Shown here piece by piece: positions 16,686-34,891 of a DNA stretch of 64,000 nt. The translations under genes were made by a program, and so were the position numbers. Origin of the DNA: Eledone cirrhosa (Eukaryota). The notes under the pieces were generated by a model. That model had not been told where the DNA came from and did not search any database. It saw only the letters and a program-made list of their open reading frames with translations. The number at the start of each line of letters is the position of its first letter. The stretch's first letter is position 1. Location: positions 10,726,001 to 10,790,000 of the forward strand of contig OZ024746.1 of assembly GCA_964016885.1 (NCBI GenBank), read 5' to 3'.

Positions 16686-17384
16686 ACGAAGGAGTGGGTG
16701 TGCAAGAGATGGCGAAAAGATCATGAACCTGATTTATAAAGACACATTTTCTTAACAGCGTTACCACAGAACAGGTGGCTGATCCAAATAAACCCTGAAA
16801 CTTTAATCAAAAAGAACCCCCACCCAATTAAACACACATTATATTAATTCAAGCACAATATAAATTATATAAGTTGTAGAATTTAAATAGCTAAATTTGG
16901 TGAAAACTATTTCAATATATCTTTTTAAACAAGCATCTTTATACTGTCAAACAAATTCTACGTACCGTAGAACAGATTTGTGAATGGAAACATTCTAGTA
17001 GCTGTAATTATCACATCTTTGTTTTTTCAGCATAGTTCACGAGTAATACATTATCTAGCGCGTCCTTCCTCTTCTAAAGACGGTAGTGTGTGATATGAGG
17101 GATATTTGGCTGACATTTCTACAGGCTTGAGCGTCTATTTAGAAACCCCACGACTCTCCAATGGTGTTAGTTCAATGAGCGTAATCTGACGTATTTTTAT
17201 TGACTGTAACAAAATATCGAAAATATCATGCTCTGGTGCAGGACTTACTTCATTAAGCTCTCAAAGACATTAGCTTGGTAATATAACAATGGATTTATTT
17301 ATATTCTGGTCAGTTACCTCCTCAAGTCAACTGTGTCACAATTGCCACTTTCTTTGTATTCTGATATCTATATCTATATCTATA

Positions 17385-18637
17385 TTAAATTATATTATAT
17401 TATATTATATTATATTATATTATATTATATTATATTATATTATATTATATTATATTATATTATATTATATTATATTATATTATATTATATTATATTATAT
17501 TATATTATATTATATTATATTATATTATATTATATTATATTATATTATATTATATTATATTATATTATATTATATTATATTATAGAAGGGCGGTGGATTG
17601 GCAGTATCGGTAGAGGGTCGGACGCCATGCTTTCTAGCATAGTTACGTCCCTTTACAGTCTGAGTTCAAATCCCGCCGAGGTTAACTTTGCCTTTCATCC
17701 TTACGGGGTCGATAAAATAAAATACCACCAATGCACTGGGTAATTGCTGGCCTTGTGCCTAAAGTAGAAATAATTATATTATATTATATTATATCATATT
17801 ATATTATATCATATTATATTATATTATATTATATTATATTATATTATATTATATTATATTATATCATAATATATTATATCATATTATATTATATTATATC
17901 ATATTATATTATATCATATTATATTATATTATATTATATTATATCATATCATATTATATTATATTATATTATATTATATTATATTATATTATATCATATT
18001 ATATTATATTATATCATATTATATTATATCATATTATATTATATCATATTATATTATATTATATTATATTATATTATATTATATTATATCATATCATATT
18101 ATATTATATCATATTATATTATATTATATCATATTATATTATATCATATTATATTATATTATATCATATCATATTATATTATATTATATTATATTATATT
18201 ATATTATATCATATTATATTATATCATATTATATTATATTATATTATATTATATTATATTATATCATAATATATTATATCATATTATATTATATTATATC
18301 ATATTATATTATATCATATTATATTATATTATATCATATTATATTATATTATATTATATTATATTATATTATATTATATTATATTATATCATATTATATT
18401 ATATTATATCATATTATATTATATCATATTATATTATATCATATTATATTATATTATATTATATTATATTATATTATATCATAATATATTATATCATATT
18501 ATATTATATTATATCATATTATATTATATCATATTATATTATATTATATTATATTATATCATATTATATTATATTATATTATATTATATTATATTATATT
18601 ATATTATATTATATTATATCATAATATATTATATTAT
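17385..18637. repeat. (TATAT)n/(TATCA)n pentanucleotide array split by a family 1 SINE (17589-17772, +)
   Basis: Direct reading. Confidence 0.92.
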
Positions 18638-19556
18638 AGAGAGTAATGGATATGATTAATCATGCATAAACCCATAAATCACTTCATAGCCTACAGAGGG
18701 TAATCTACGTGGTCACTCTATCAGCTAGAAACAGCAACCACATTCCTTTCAAATCACACTCTACTGTTGTGAAAAAGGTATGACATGCTGACACTAGAGG
18801 TTAATGAGTCCTTAATTACACTATATCTGCATGGAGAGGGACGGAATGGTCATGGCCGTATTACAATCGATGATGCAACTGCTCGACGAAGCGCTTAGCA
18901 GCAAGAATTACAATAAACTTTACATTACGAACCAACGTGGGAGCCCCCTCTGTGTAGAGACAGCAATAACATTTCTTTTACTTCAAAATCTCTCGTCTTA
19001 AAAAAATACACAACAGAAAATCACCTTAAATAATATGTTGCAGTTATTAAATAGCTCCATTTTCTGATAGTTAAAATTTAGACACCGATTTCATGAAGGA
19101 TTGAAAAAACGAAAGTAAATAATGTAATTCTAAATGCTTTCATACCAGTTTCTCGAAAACTATCAGCACAAACTGTTGCTAGCAAAAGCGCACCCAAAGG
19201 CTGTCTTTTTCTACAGCTCTTGAACAAGAAGAAATTATTAGAATTATTTCTGCTGCTTTAAGAATGTTGTTAACTAATTTTCCGGCTGATGCTTTTATTA
19301 ATCGAAAAAAAAAAAATGAAAATGACCGTACATTTGTTGCTGCAGTAAGGGGGTTTATTTGATTTACATGGCATGAATTTCATCACAATTAAGAAATATT
19401 CTCGCGTTAAACTGTACTGGAGAAATGTATCAGACAATTCTAACAATATTTATTCATTGACGACAGTGTGGCGATACATACATACATACATACATACATA
19501 CATACATACATACATACATACATACATACATACATACATACATACATACACACACA

Positions 19557-19622
<66 letters not shown>

Positions 19623-19789
19623 TATATGTAGTGGCACTGCGTCGGTTACGACGATGAGTGTTCTAGTTGATCAACAGAACAGCCTGCTCGTAAAAAATGC
19701 AAGTGGCTGAGCAGCCCCCCTTGTTTTCGTTCGTTATCTTGTCCTATCTCTATTAATTTTCCTAAGTTATATATATATTAAATGCATTC

Positions 19790-20745
19790 GAATGAGTGCT
19801 GCTACTGCTTCAATGTTTTCACAGGGGTATTAGTTTAAACACCATTGCATCAAAATTATATAATATAAGGATTCTAAATCGTATACAACCATTTATAGAT
19901 CCATTATTGAGCTGGACTCAATGTAGTTTTCGAAAATCATTCCCCACTCTATCAAACATTTTAACACTGAAGAGAATCATAAAGCTTTTGAAAGACGAAA
20001 ATTTGCCATTAGCATTCCTATTCATTGACTTTTCATAGGCATTTAATTCCATACATAGTGAAAGAATGTTTCAAATTCTTGAAGCATGTGGCATGTCACC
20101 TTTAAAAGTAAATGCAATTAAACTAATCTTTGAAAACACATAAGCCCAGGTGATCACCCCAGATGGCGAAACCTCCTTTTCCAGTATTCTAACCGGCATA
20201 TTTCAGGGTGATACATTAGCTCCATTTTTGTTCATTACTGTTTTGGATTTTCCATTGAAAAAGCATTTAAAATGACTTATAGAGATTGTGGAATTGTTAT
20301 AGAACATGGCATTGAGAAATACGACTAAAGGATTTAGCTTATGCTGATAGCATCACACAGATCAATGAATCACTGCAGTTAGCTGGAAATTTATTACAAT
20401 GTATTGAACATGCAGCATATATAGTTGGTTTACATCTTAATGCTAGCAAAACAGAAATTGTAAAAGATGGAATCAATGATGATAATCAAGTAAAATCTTT
20501 AACTGGTCAAATCATTAATCAGGTGCAGCAACTTAAATATTTAAGCAGTTATAACTGAAAAAGCAAGGATGATTTTAATATAAACAAAGGAGAGACATGG
20601 CCTACAATAAATCAGCTAAACAAAATATGGAAGGCTAACATGGACAGAAATTAACAGTTAGATACTTAGATTTTTCTGGGCTTGGGTAGAAAGTATGTTA
20701 CTATACACGAACCCTAGAAATAAAAACATAGAGGGATTATATACT
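19790..20745 (+). pseudogene. Degraded RTE-type LINE reverse transcriptase fragment
   Basis: RGISL..IASKLYN..ILNRI, FIDFS*AF.SI, GIFQGDTLAPFLF, DLAYAD and KYLSS motifs with stops and frameshifts. Confidence 0.8.
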
Positions 20746-20758
20746 AAGCTATATCTAT

Positions 20759-21125
<367 letters not shown>

Positions 21126-21128
<3 letters not shown>

Positions 21129-21428
21129 GTGGTTACACAACAGTTAGTTCACCATACCGAGAACAATTGTTTCACCTTCGCGGATCTTAAGTTCGGGATG
21201 TGTATGGTTATAGGAACAGAAAGGACAACCGTACGAACGCGCATGCGCAGAAACTCGGTCACTTCACACAGGCAATACTAGACTGCGTGCGGGGGTGTAA
21301 GGGAGATAACTGCGAAAGTCCGCATTGTTCTCGGTATGGTGAACTAACTGTTGTGTAACCACTTCTACCTAACTCGTCCCTTGGACTGAGTGCTCTACCA
21401 CTACGGATATTACCTTCCAGTGTTCTAC

Positions 21429-21431
<3 letters not shown>
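21126..21431 (+). mobile_element. Fold-back Penelope-like remnant, family G, with a degenerate hammerhead (21157-21196, -)
   Basis: Inverted segment 21126-21322 then direct segment 21324-21431; homologous to 30984-31176 and 32480-32644; (TA)n flanks. Confidence 0.75.
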
Positions 21432-21478
<47 letters not shown>

Positions 21479-21504
21479 TGTATATATATATATATATATA
21501 TATA

Positions 21505-21546
<42 letters not shown>

Positions 21547-21588
21547 AGAGAGAGAGAGAGAGCGAGAGAGAGAGAGAGAGAGAGAGAT

Positions 21589-21627
<39 letters not shown>

Positions 21628-21892
21628 GATAGAGAGAGAGAGAGAGAGAGAGCGTGTGTGTATACAAGTTATGACCGTCAATTGACTTCAACACAAAATA
21701 TCTACGTTAAATCAATGTTAACTGTACTAAAACATACGTATACAACTCCATTCAACCTCAGTCACCACACAAGACAAATGTATGTATGTATGTATGTATG
21801 TATGTATGTATGTATGTATGTATGTATGTATGTATGTATGTATGTATGTATAAATATATATTTATATATATATATACATATATACATATACT

Positions 21893-22503
21893 TATGTCAG
21901 GTCACCAGTTGGTGCTACTGGTAACATGTATTCCAGTACAACCTGTCTCATGGTCGGGTCGTTGGCGACTAAACTGGCAACCCCACCAAGGTTTCTTGGT
22001 GAGGAGGGTGACTTTGGACATCCTGCAGGACTAAAAACAAAACCTGTCAAAGGGCAAAGGAGCTCTTAAGAGTCAATGGCCATCCAAAATCACCGGGAGA
22101 GATGACCCCTTAGCCTTTGTCAAGGCAGAATTCTAGGAGAAGGAAAACTCTGATATAACACCTGCGACTCTGATGGTATCCAATGATGTTGACTTGTTCT
22201 TCTTTTTGGTAAATATCATCTTGGTTAAGAGAGTGGGACTGGCTTTGTGCAGTGCCTTTGCTCACTATAAAAGCTTCACAGCACAGGCATTGCTTTATAT
22301 CTGGAGATCTCTCTGCACTTGTCGTCACATGGTACCATGGGCCCAGCACTATGTGTCAATAATTGTCACAAGTGTAGTGTTTGTTCCAGAGTTTTCAAGT
22401 CGCTGGCTGGACTAAAAAGTCACACCCGTTCGGCGCATCGGTAGGGGTTCTCCTATATGGATATAAAGTAGTGGCCGTACTCGAAAACGAGTTGGCAGCC
22501 ACC
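21893..22503 (+). mobile_element. Interspersed repeat, probably the 5' region of an RTE-like element; related copy at about 55930-56115 (-)
   Basis: GTCAGGTCAC..GGTAACATGTA..GGCGACTAAAC..CCTGCAGGA..AAACCTG shared in inverted orientation. Confidence 0.5.
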
Positions 22504-22563
22504 ATGTATGTATAAATATATATTTATATATATATATACATACACACGCACACACACACACAC

Positions 22564-22605
<42 letters not shown>

Positions 22606-22708
22606 ATAGAGAGAGAGTGTGTGGGGTATGTATGTATATATGTATGTATAGATATATAAATATATATTTATTTATATATATATACATACACACGCACACA
22701 CACACGTA

Positions 22709-22805
<97 letters not shown>

Positions 22806-23252
22806 TGTGGGTGGGGTAGAGATATAGTGGCGAACATATTTGTATATGTGCTGTGTGGGATCAATTTGTTCTCTGGCTAATGTTAGAAATCAGTGAACTG
22901 TGCTGGTATAGGTAATGAATTTGAAATATTTATGTGCAAGCAATGACATTCAATTGTAAGAATATATAGCCTAACTCACACGCGTCTTCACTTCAAACAA
23001 TGGCGTTGTTATATTTACAGATATTTAAATTTACATATAAACAATCAGCTATATATAAACAATCAGCTACATATGTTATCGATACATAAGTACAAGGAGG
23101 TACATACATATATATATTAACACACACACACAAACATAATGTTGATTTTTAATTTTGGCACAAAGCCAGAAAATTATGGTGAAGGGTAAAGTTGATTAAA
23201 TCAACGTCAGTAGTTGACTGGTACTTTATTTTATCGACCCCGGAATTTGTAC

Positions 23253-23804
23253 TTAATCCGATATCCTCTGTCATTTGGAGAGGCAGACATGTTGAATTTC
23301 TTAACTTAAAGGATTGAATTAAACGTTAAATATGAAATAAATTGAACGAAAATTAAATAATTATGAAGTAACGATGGCATGTGGATGAAAGAAGATCTCT
23401 CACTAACAAAAGGTTTCTTTAAAATACCTTTTACTTTAATATTCTTCACAAATATACAGATTCTCAGAATTTCTAATATAAATATTGATTTCTAATTCGG
23501 ACACAAAACCAGCAAATTTGAGGGACAGGTAAAGCAGATTAAATAAATCCCAGTACTTGGCTCTACTTTAATTTTATCGATCCCGGAAAAATGAAAAGCA
23601 AATGTGATCGTGGCAGACATATTGAACTCAGAATATAAAGAGCCAGAACAAACACCACAATGACATTTTATCTGACACTTTACCAATTCTGCAAGTCCGG
23701 CACCCTCACCAAAGATGTTAATATTGACAATAAACTATGCATTGCATAATTCTCGAATTAAAATAAAATATCTAGCACATGATAACTTAAAACTTTTTTC
23801 TTTT
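23253..23804 (+). repeat. About 550-bp segment duplicated in inverted orientation at 43555-44089
   Basis: Near-identical reverse complement apart from two indels; contains a decayed family 1 SINE. Confidence 0.9.
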
Positions 23805-24034
23805 GTCTCTATTTCATCTTTATTTTGTCCTTTATTTTATTAGCCCCGGAAGTCTGAAAAGGAAAGTTGACCTTTGTGGGAAATGAAATTCGAAGGTTAA
23901 GACCCCGAACAAAAAATATTAACTGCAAAATATTAACTGCATATTAGCTGCAAAATATTAACTGCAGAGTTAGTAGCTAAAATAAATATCACAAGTGGGC
24001 AAATGACATAAATTCAGATAATTCAGGTTTTCAC

Positions 24035-24285
24035 AACGCTTATTAATTTTTCAGAAACCACCCCACCCCACACACACACTTATTAAATTTTGCTAATCTA
24101 TCTCTGGCGAAATTGGTTCATATCGATACACCAGCTGGAGAATCTAATAATAATTATTATTTGGGACCCAAGAGATGACAATGTAGAGAAAGCCGTAAGT
24201 ATGGGACCCGAGAGTAGTTGACAATGTAGAGAAAGTCGTAAGTATGGGACCCGAGAGTAGGTGACAATGTAGAGAAAGCTGTAAG
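24035..24285. mobile_element. MITE relic (same family as 40934-41272) with a roughly 41-bp tandem triplication of its terminus
   Basis: ACGCTTATTAATTTTTCAGA and TATTATTTGGGACCC(G)AGA are shared; GGGACCCGAGAGTAG.TGACAATGTAGAGAAAG occurs three times. Confidence 0.55.
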
Positions 24286-24817
24286 AAAACAATTCGTAAT
24301 GGATTGCAATGTGTTCTTCATTGGAGAAAGGGAAAACAAAGGTCGTGTCGCAATTGTTAACCACTCACAACCCCCCCCCCTACAAAAACACAAAACAAAA
24401 CAAGGGAACTTTGTTGATTCAAGTGAACAATGCTTGACTGATAAAGGCCAAAACATGACGTCACTGTTCGTACTCACAAAGAGCAAGTATTCTCTTGAGC
24501 ATGAGAATTAAAAATTAGCTGTGAAATTAATTAATTTCTCAAATTTCTTCTTCTACCTCATCCTTTGCTGATAACAATTACTGCCAGTCTTTTGTTTTGT
24601 TTCGTCAATTCATTTGATATTTGTGTATACGTCCCTCAGTATATTACAGGTATTATAAAGAATGTTAAAACATCCAGTTTCTCTACATACACACATACAT
24701 ATACAAACACACACACACACACATCGTGTAATATACAGAATTAGGTTATATTCACAATATCTTCATCTTGTCGAACACGCGAGTTTGGCTGAGGAATGTC
24801 AGTCCGACATTTTCGAA

Positions 24818-24920
<103 letters not shown>

Positions 24921-26397
24921 AGCGCGTGTATTCATACGTAAATGCATAAATCCAATATTGTTTGTAATCTTTAAAAGGTGTCTGACAGAATGTGTATTTA
25001 TTGGATCACCAAGGCTATCGTACAATATTATGTAACAAGGTAAAATAAGTCGCCGAGTCAGTTTTGATTCGTTGCCATTGACTGCCAGAGAAAGATATGA
25101 GCAATACATAATCATATTTGTCTCCCCTTGTTTTGTTTATCCTTTTGTGCTCATGTAAAAAACTCAACAAAAATCAAAACAATAATTGTGTTATAACCTT
25201 GTTATACATAAACCTTATGAATTGTCGAAGCGCTGATGGTGGTGTAGGTGTTGGTGGTGTTGTTGTTATGACAATTCTATTTTAAGGTGAACTGAGCGAA
25301 ACATTACAGCGTTTATTCGGTTGTTATAGTTACACGAAAAGTTCTTTGAAGCTGCTAATTCTAGTGTCAAGTTTTAGTCAGACTTTTGTGTGTTAAGTCT
25401 CCACGGAAATGTTTTCATGCTGGAGAAATTATATGGAAATAATAAAGATATAAAATCGTGAGAAGTTATGTTATAAAAACAAAATCAATCCTTACTTCAA
25501 GTTAGCTTTGATCGAGCAGATATCTATTTTAATCGCAAACATCTCTGCTATACTTCTTCAAATACTCTATATCTAGTTCTGTACTCTCATCTTCCTTTTG
25601 ATAATTTTGGTGATATTTCTAATAAATCAATTGCCTGCGTGGAGGATCTTTCGTTGGCTTATAAATAGTTAATTTCGTATATAAACACAAAGCAACACTT
25701 CCGGCGTTAGGTAACAATAGGTTATATTGTTAGAGTACTTGACTGCAAACTTATTTTCTCATTATTTAATAAATCATGTCACAAATGTATGCACATTATG
25801 CAAATTAGACTAATTATATTTACTATATTTTATGTCTTGTTTCAGATACATAACATTGCTATAGTAATATTGTTCTGCATTGGGACAGATATCTTCTGAT
25901 GAGAAGACAAAAACCTCAGTAATGCATAAAAATAGTTTCTTGTTTTTATGTGTACAGATGAATAGTTGAAAGTGTTTACACTTCATTCTTTTCCCAGGAA
26001 AGCCTCTAAAAATGTAGATATAACTACATTAAATCTACTTTGTGGATAATGTGGAAAACTAATTTTCAGTTTCATTTTATTTGAAATTTAAAATTGAAAA
26101 ATTTACACTTATCATCTAGAGAATTTTCATGTATGGATTCCATAAATAGAAAATTTAACTCGAATATAAATCCATTAAAAAATTCCAATTGGCTTTTTGA
26201 TAATTTTAGCAATATCGACCGTTTATTTCGAACACTTTGTTCAGTAAAATGAGATTTTAGTTTTTTTTATCGGGATGGGGGAGAAGACAAGATAATGTTC
26301 TAATTAACCATCTATTCCTTTGGAGGTTACATTTCTCTTACACACATACACATATATATATACACACACACGCACACACACACGCACACACACACGC

Positions 26398-26446
<49 letters not shown>

Positions 26447-26830
26447 CACCGTTTAGCTAGCATGGGTTAGACAAGTTGTCCTGTTGTGAGATAGGCCAGG
26501 ACTAGTGACCATGTCTTGCTCATACAGAGCTGATTTCGGCTTGGTTTCTATAACTGGATGCCCTTCCTAGCGCCAACCACATTTACAGTGAGTACTGGGT
26601 TCTTTTTGGCGCGACACCTACACGATCATTTTACAGTGGGGGCTGGGGTCTTTTTGTATCGACACCTACACGATCACCTTATTTAGATAGCTCTAAGGAA
26701 AGAAATGACATTTTCCACCTCACAGTACGTATATTTTCCTGAACAGTATTTGTTTTATGTACGTGTACAAAATATGTTACTCAATCAAACGATATATGAT
26801 TCTTTATCTCTCTACATATATCTTTTAAAT

Positions 26831-26861
<31 letters not shown>

Positions 26862-27343
26862 ATAATTGTTTCTACTTTTGGCACAAGGCCAGCAATTAAC
26901 CAGTACATTACTGGTACTTTATTTTATCGACCCCGTAAGGATGAAAGGCTAAGTTAACCTCGGTGGAATTTGAACTCAAAATGGAAAGGGCCGTAACTCT
27001 ATACGTCAAAGCATGGCGTCCGACCCTCTACCGATACTGCCAATCCACCGGCATTATATATATATAATAATTGTTTCTACTTTAGGCACAAGGCCAGCAA
27101 TTACCCAGTGCATTACTGGTACTTTATTTTATCGACCCCGTAAGGATGAAATATATAATTGTTTCTACTTTAGGCACAAGGCCAGCAATTACCCAGTGCA
27201 TTACTGGTACTTTATTTTATCGACCCCGTAAGGATGAAAGGCAAAGTCAACCTCGGCAGGATTTGAACTCAGATCGTAAAGGGACGTAACTATGCTGGAA
27301 AGCATGGCGTCCGACCCTCTACCGATACTGCCAATCCACCGCC
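26862..27343 (-). mobile_element. Cluster of family 1 SINEs (26862-27052, partial 27067-27150, 27157-27343)
   Basis: Reverse complements of 14144-14331; tandem duplication of the 3' part. Confidence 0.88.
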
Positions 27344-27358
27344 CTTTGGATGAAATAT

Positions 27359-28275
<917 letters not shown>

Positions 28276-28319
28276 ATAAATATTTACTAGTTGTAACCCA
28301 ACATTTTAAATATAACTTT

Positions 28320-28360
<41 letters not shown>

Positions 28361-28609
28361 AACACACATATAAACATATATAATATAAGTGAAGATAGGA
28401 AAATTAACTAGTCGACCGCTCGAGCTACGTTGTTTCAGCGCTTTAATCTGCATACAATTGGCTCTGGTGCGGAAAGGACAGTAAAACATGGACAAAGAAC
28501 AAGACGAAAGTCTTAACAACTATTTAAAAATGAGAGAAAATTTGCCACTAACCCAAGAGCCGCATACATTCATACCTACACACACACACATATATATATA
28601 TATATGTAC

Positions 28610-28754
<145 letters not shown>

Positions 28755-30096
28755 CTTAAATTGAAGTACTTTATGAGAACTTTCATCTTCTCTTTCGTCA
28801 AATGTTTGTTCTTTCTAATCACATATTTGTATATGGTATCTCAAAGAAATAGACGTCCGAGCAATATTCGACAGATTTATTCTCTACGTTCATAAAGGTT
28901 CATATCTTTACACGAAACTACCCTATTAAGTCCATTACTCTGCTCGTAAATACACTGTTAGTACTACGTGAAATTATATCAGGAAGTGATAAACTCAGAT
29001 ATATAGCTGGTTATAAAAGAAAAAAAATCAAAAGAAAAACTAATTTTATATATAGGAATCTGTAAAATTTAAACAACTTAAAACTGGAGCATTCAAATTT
29101 GTCTTTAGATATAGTAACTGTTTTCTGTAAGATAAAAAGCAACACAATAACAACTACGACGACGACGACAACAACAACAGCAGCAGTAACAATACTACGA
29201 CAACAACAATAATATTTTCTTTAATAATATATTGTAGAGTGGAGACAAATGCATAGAATAGCCTGAGACAATGAAAATATTTAATAGTGAATGGAGGGGG
29301 TATATCAGAATTGAGTTGAGTAGTATAGCATTAAAACATTGCAGGAAAAATGTTATAAGACTATAAGAAATACCCAAGAAATAAAGAAAATATAAGAAAA
29401 AGAAATAAGAAAACATAAAAAACAGAATAGCTGTAGTTATAGTCGTAGAAATAATTGGTGGAATTTATTTTCCTAGTTGGCATGGTATCAATTGTGAAAT
29501 AAAATATGTCGCTTTTCATAACAGAACCGTTTGATTCTTCTCAAGCAAAAATTAACGTTTAGTTTGAAAGATAGTAAATGGAAGCAAAATAGTAATGGGA
29601 CTTAGTTTTTTGTTTGTTTGTAATGTTCTTTCTTTTATTTCTGTAGATCTTTTAGTTTAATATGAAGCAACTAAGTCATGTCCCAGTAGCTTCTCTTTTA
29701 TCAGCAACTTCTAGATTAAAAGAAATATATCAACACAAAAACAAAACAAAAAAACATACAAGATATTTCTTATTTCTTATGTAAATCTTATTCAGAACTT
29801 TCAGCAAGTCTATCTTCTATCTACGCTTGTTTCACTAGCAGCTATTGAGAAAGTTAAAAACTATTGACCAGCATGTTTTCTATATAACTTTATAACGATC
29901 GATAAAGCTGTCAAATTATTTTGGAAACTTATCTATCAAAACTATATCTCTGAAAATATAGAAAACATATCATGAATGAAATCACACCAAGATTGAGAGA
30001 TTTACTTGGTTTGCAACTTTATTTTAAGTGAAACGTTAAAATGATAATATTGAAAGTAAAATTTAAAAACAAAAACCAGCAACAACAACAATGAAT

Positions 30097-30139
<43 letters not shown>

Positions 30140-30301
30140 CGGCGGCGGCGGCGGCCACGACAGCACAGGAAACAATGAAACCGTCAAAATCCCCAAACGA
30201 ATTATTTAATATGAGAAATGCTTTTTGAAAGAAGTGTTCCAAGTTGAATTAATAGCATACATACACACATACATACATACATACATACATACATACATAC
30301 A

Positions 30302-30336
<35 letters not shown>

Positions 30337-30337
<1 letters not shown>

Positions 30338-30526
30338 TATCACAATAAAAAAGAGAATTAGTGTTGCGACGAATGGAATTTATTGGACATATTACAATCG
30401 TTTCTCTGGCGATTGTAATATGTCCAATAAATTCCATTCGTCGCAACACTGATTCTCTCTTTTATTGTGATATCATATTCTGCTCTATGAGAGCATCGAG
30501 TGTTCAAACGGCCTACCGCGTACAAT
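30337..30526 (+). mobile_element. Fold-back element with tail (family K)
   Basis: Arms 30337-30400 / 30410-30473; the minus strand reads GAAA-CGATTG-TA (hammerhead 3' half) at the junction. Confidence 0.6.
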
Positions 30527-31113
30527 TATATTTATATACATACATACATGCATACATCCATCCATATATACATACATAGACGCGTACATACATATATACA
30601 TGCATACATGCGTACATACACGCGTACATATATATATATATACATACATGCATACATGCATACATGCATGCGTACATACATACTGACACACATACATACA
30701 GACTGAAATCTCGCGAGCCACGTATGGTCCCTCAAGGACTCAAGTATAGACTACTCCATTCAATGGAAAGCCATCACTAAGTCCAAGCCATACGCAAGGG
30801 GAAATCCGACGTGTGGTTTATGTATTGACGAACGAATAACTATTCTAAAGAGATTACGCAATAGTGATTGCTTGAACACGAGAGTGAATTTTTCACACGC
30901 TGTCCACACGTCGCCAAACACCTATTGCATAACTACAAGGCTTCGGACTGATTCTTTGTAATTTTATTTTCAACCTAAAAACTTTTCGGACTTTCGCAGT
31001 TATCTCCCTTACACCTCTCGCACGCAGTCTAGTATTGCCTGTGTGAAGTGACCGGGTTTCTGCGCATGCGCGTCCGTACGGTTGTCCTTCCTGTTCCTAT
31101 AACCATGCCCATT

Positions 31114-31153
31114 CCGAGCTGATGATCCGCTAAGGTGAAACAATTGTTCTCGG
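31114..31153 (+). ncRNA. Minimal type I hammerhead ribozyme (family G)
   Basis: CCGAG-CTGATGA-TCCGCTAAGGT-GAAA-CAATTG-TT-CTCGG; perfect 5-bp stem I, palindromic stem III. Confidence 0.85.
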
Positions 31154-31175
31154 TATGGTGAACTAACTGTTGTGT

Positions 31176-31914
<739 letters not shown>

Positions 31915-32430
31915 ATTAACGCCCAATAAGTGATTATTGGAAACGACATTAAACATTTAAGAAAGACAAAGAGAAAGAAACTTTCTGATGAAGTCAAAAC
32001 TCATTAATCGTTTCTCAGCCGATTGCATGTTTTCCTGATTACGTCATAATGAATTTGTAGTCAGTGTCTCTTTACAGCAGTTACACACATTTAACAGCTT
32101 TTAACAACACTGTTTAAACATCGCGTGATGCTCTGAGCTTCCAAGTTAAATTTGTTAGCCACTTAGCACCGTACCGTGCAGTCAAATCATCTCTTCTAAT
32201 GTCTAAAATAACTAAATAACTCATCTTGTTTTCATTCAAAATTTCATCACGAGAATATGAATAAATTATAAATAATTCATGTTCATATTTAATTTGAGAA
32301 GGAAGTAAATTTAAAAAAAGGGTGTGATGTAATCGGTATCAAAATGTGTTCGATATATAAATACATATATATATATATGCATATATATATATACATATAT
32401 AAATATATACTTGTTTAAAAGCCAGTACAT

Positions 32431-32479
<49 letters not shown>

Positions 32480-32482
<3 letters not shown>

Positions 32483-32644
32483 GTAGAACACTGGAAGGTA
32501 ATATCCGTAGTGGTAGAGAACTCAGTCCATGGGACCAGTTAGGTAGAAGTGGTTACACAACAGTTAGTTCACCATACCGAGAAAAATTGTTTCACCTTAG
32601 CGGATCTTCAGCTGACGATCCACTAACTGTTGTGTAACCACTTC
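32480..32644 (-). mobile_element. Family G fold-back remnant with hammerhead core (32577-32613, -)
   Basis: Minus strand reads AG-CTGAAGA-TCCGCTAAGGT-GAAA-CAATTT-TT-CTCGG; the inverted arm starts AG-CTGACGA and has an internal deletion. Confidence 0.75.
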
Positions 32645-32662
32645 TCTCTCTCTCTCTCTCTC

Positions 32663-33459
<797 letters not shown>

Positions 33460-33492
33460 CTCTATATATATGTATATATATATATATATATA

Positions 33493-33527
<35 letters not shown>

Positions 33528-33529
33528 AC

Positions 33530-33645
<116 letters not shown>

Positions 33646-34098
33646 GTATATGTATATATATATGTATATTTGTATGTATATATGTATGTATGTATCTGTG
33701 TGTTTGTATGTGTATATGTGCACGTGTATATGTGCACGTGTATGTGTGTGTATACATGTACTCGTTTATTGAACAATAAATAAATTCAAACCCATACATT
33801 ATCATAGATTATCTCTTGATATGTTGTCAGTCTTATTGATTTAAGGCAAGATGGATTCAGATGTGATGTCCAAATCCTTCCCAATCGTCTAAGGAAATTA
33901 GAAAAGTGCTACACTTCGCATTCTAAAGCTAAAAACCGAAGCCATATTGCTGAAATTTATCGCCCACTCTACGTCGTCATATATACACGAGTGCATCATT
34001 TTTGATAGTCATGTTAGCCATGCAGGGTCATATCTGTGTAGTAGCTTTGATTTATTATTCAGGAAATAATGATGATAATGTAATGACAATGTTATTGT

Positions 34099-34891
34099 AG
34101 GCGGTGGCTTGGCAGTATCGGTAGAGGGTCGCTAGAGGCCGTTGCCATTCTGAGTTCAAATCCCGCCGAGGTTAACTTTGCCTTTCATCCTTACGAGGTC
34201 GATAAAATAAAGTACCAGTAATGCACTGGGTTTTTGCTGGCCCTCTGCCAAAAGTATAAACAATTATAAGGCGGTGGATTGACAGAATTGGTAGAACGTT
34301 GGACACCGTGCTTTGTAGCATAGAGTTATGTCCCTTTATGTTCTGAGTTCAAATCCCGCCGAGGGCACAGATAGCGATAGATTATGAGGAAGATAGAAGG
34401 AGAAAGAGAGAGAAAAATTGTGTGTGTTAGAAAGAGTTTCCAGATAAGATGAAGGATGTACAATAATAATTGTTTCTACTTTTGGCACAAGGCCAGCAAT
34501 TATCCCAATGCATTACTGGTACTTTATTTTCTCGACCCTGTAAGGATGAAAGGCAAAGTTAACCTCGGCGTGATTTGAACTCAGTCCGTAAAGATACGTA
34601 ACTCTATGCTACAAAGCATGGCGTCAGACCCTCTACCGATACTGCCAAACCACCGCCGTACAATAATAATAATAATGGTTTCTTATATAGGCACAAGACC
34701 AGCAATTTTGGGGGAGGGGAAAGTCGATTAAATCGACTCCAGTGCGTGACTGGTACTTTATTTTATCGACCCCGTAAGGATGAAAGGCAAAGTTGACCTC
34801 GGCGGGATTTGAACTCAGATCATAAAGGAGTGTAACTCTATGCTGCAAAGCATGGCGTCCGACTCTCTACTGATACTGCCAATCCACCACC
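34099..34891. mobile_element. Cluster of family 1 SINEs (34099-34265 +, 34269-34362 + partial, 34465-34657 -, 34672-34891 -)
   Basis: Match to the 14144-14331 copy. Confidence 0.88.

Noticed and set aside
21898-21990. Possible HDV-like ribozyme in the putative RTE 5' region
   Set aside because: Could not build a nested double pseudoknot consistent with both copies.
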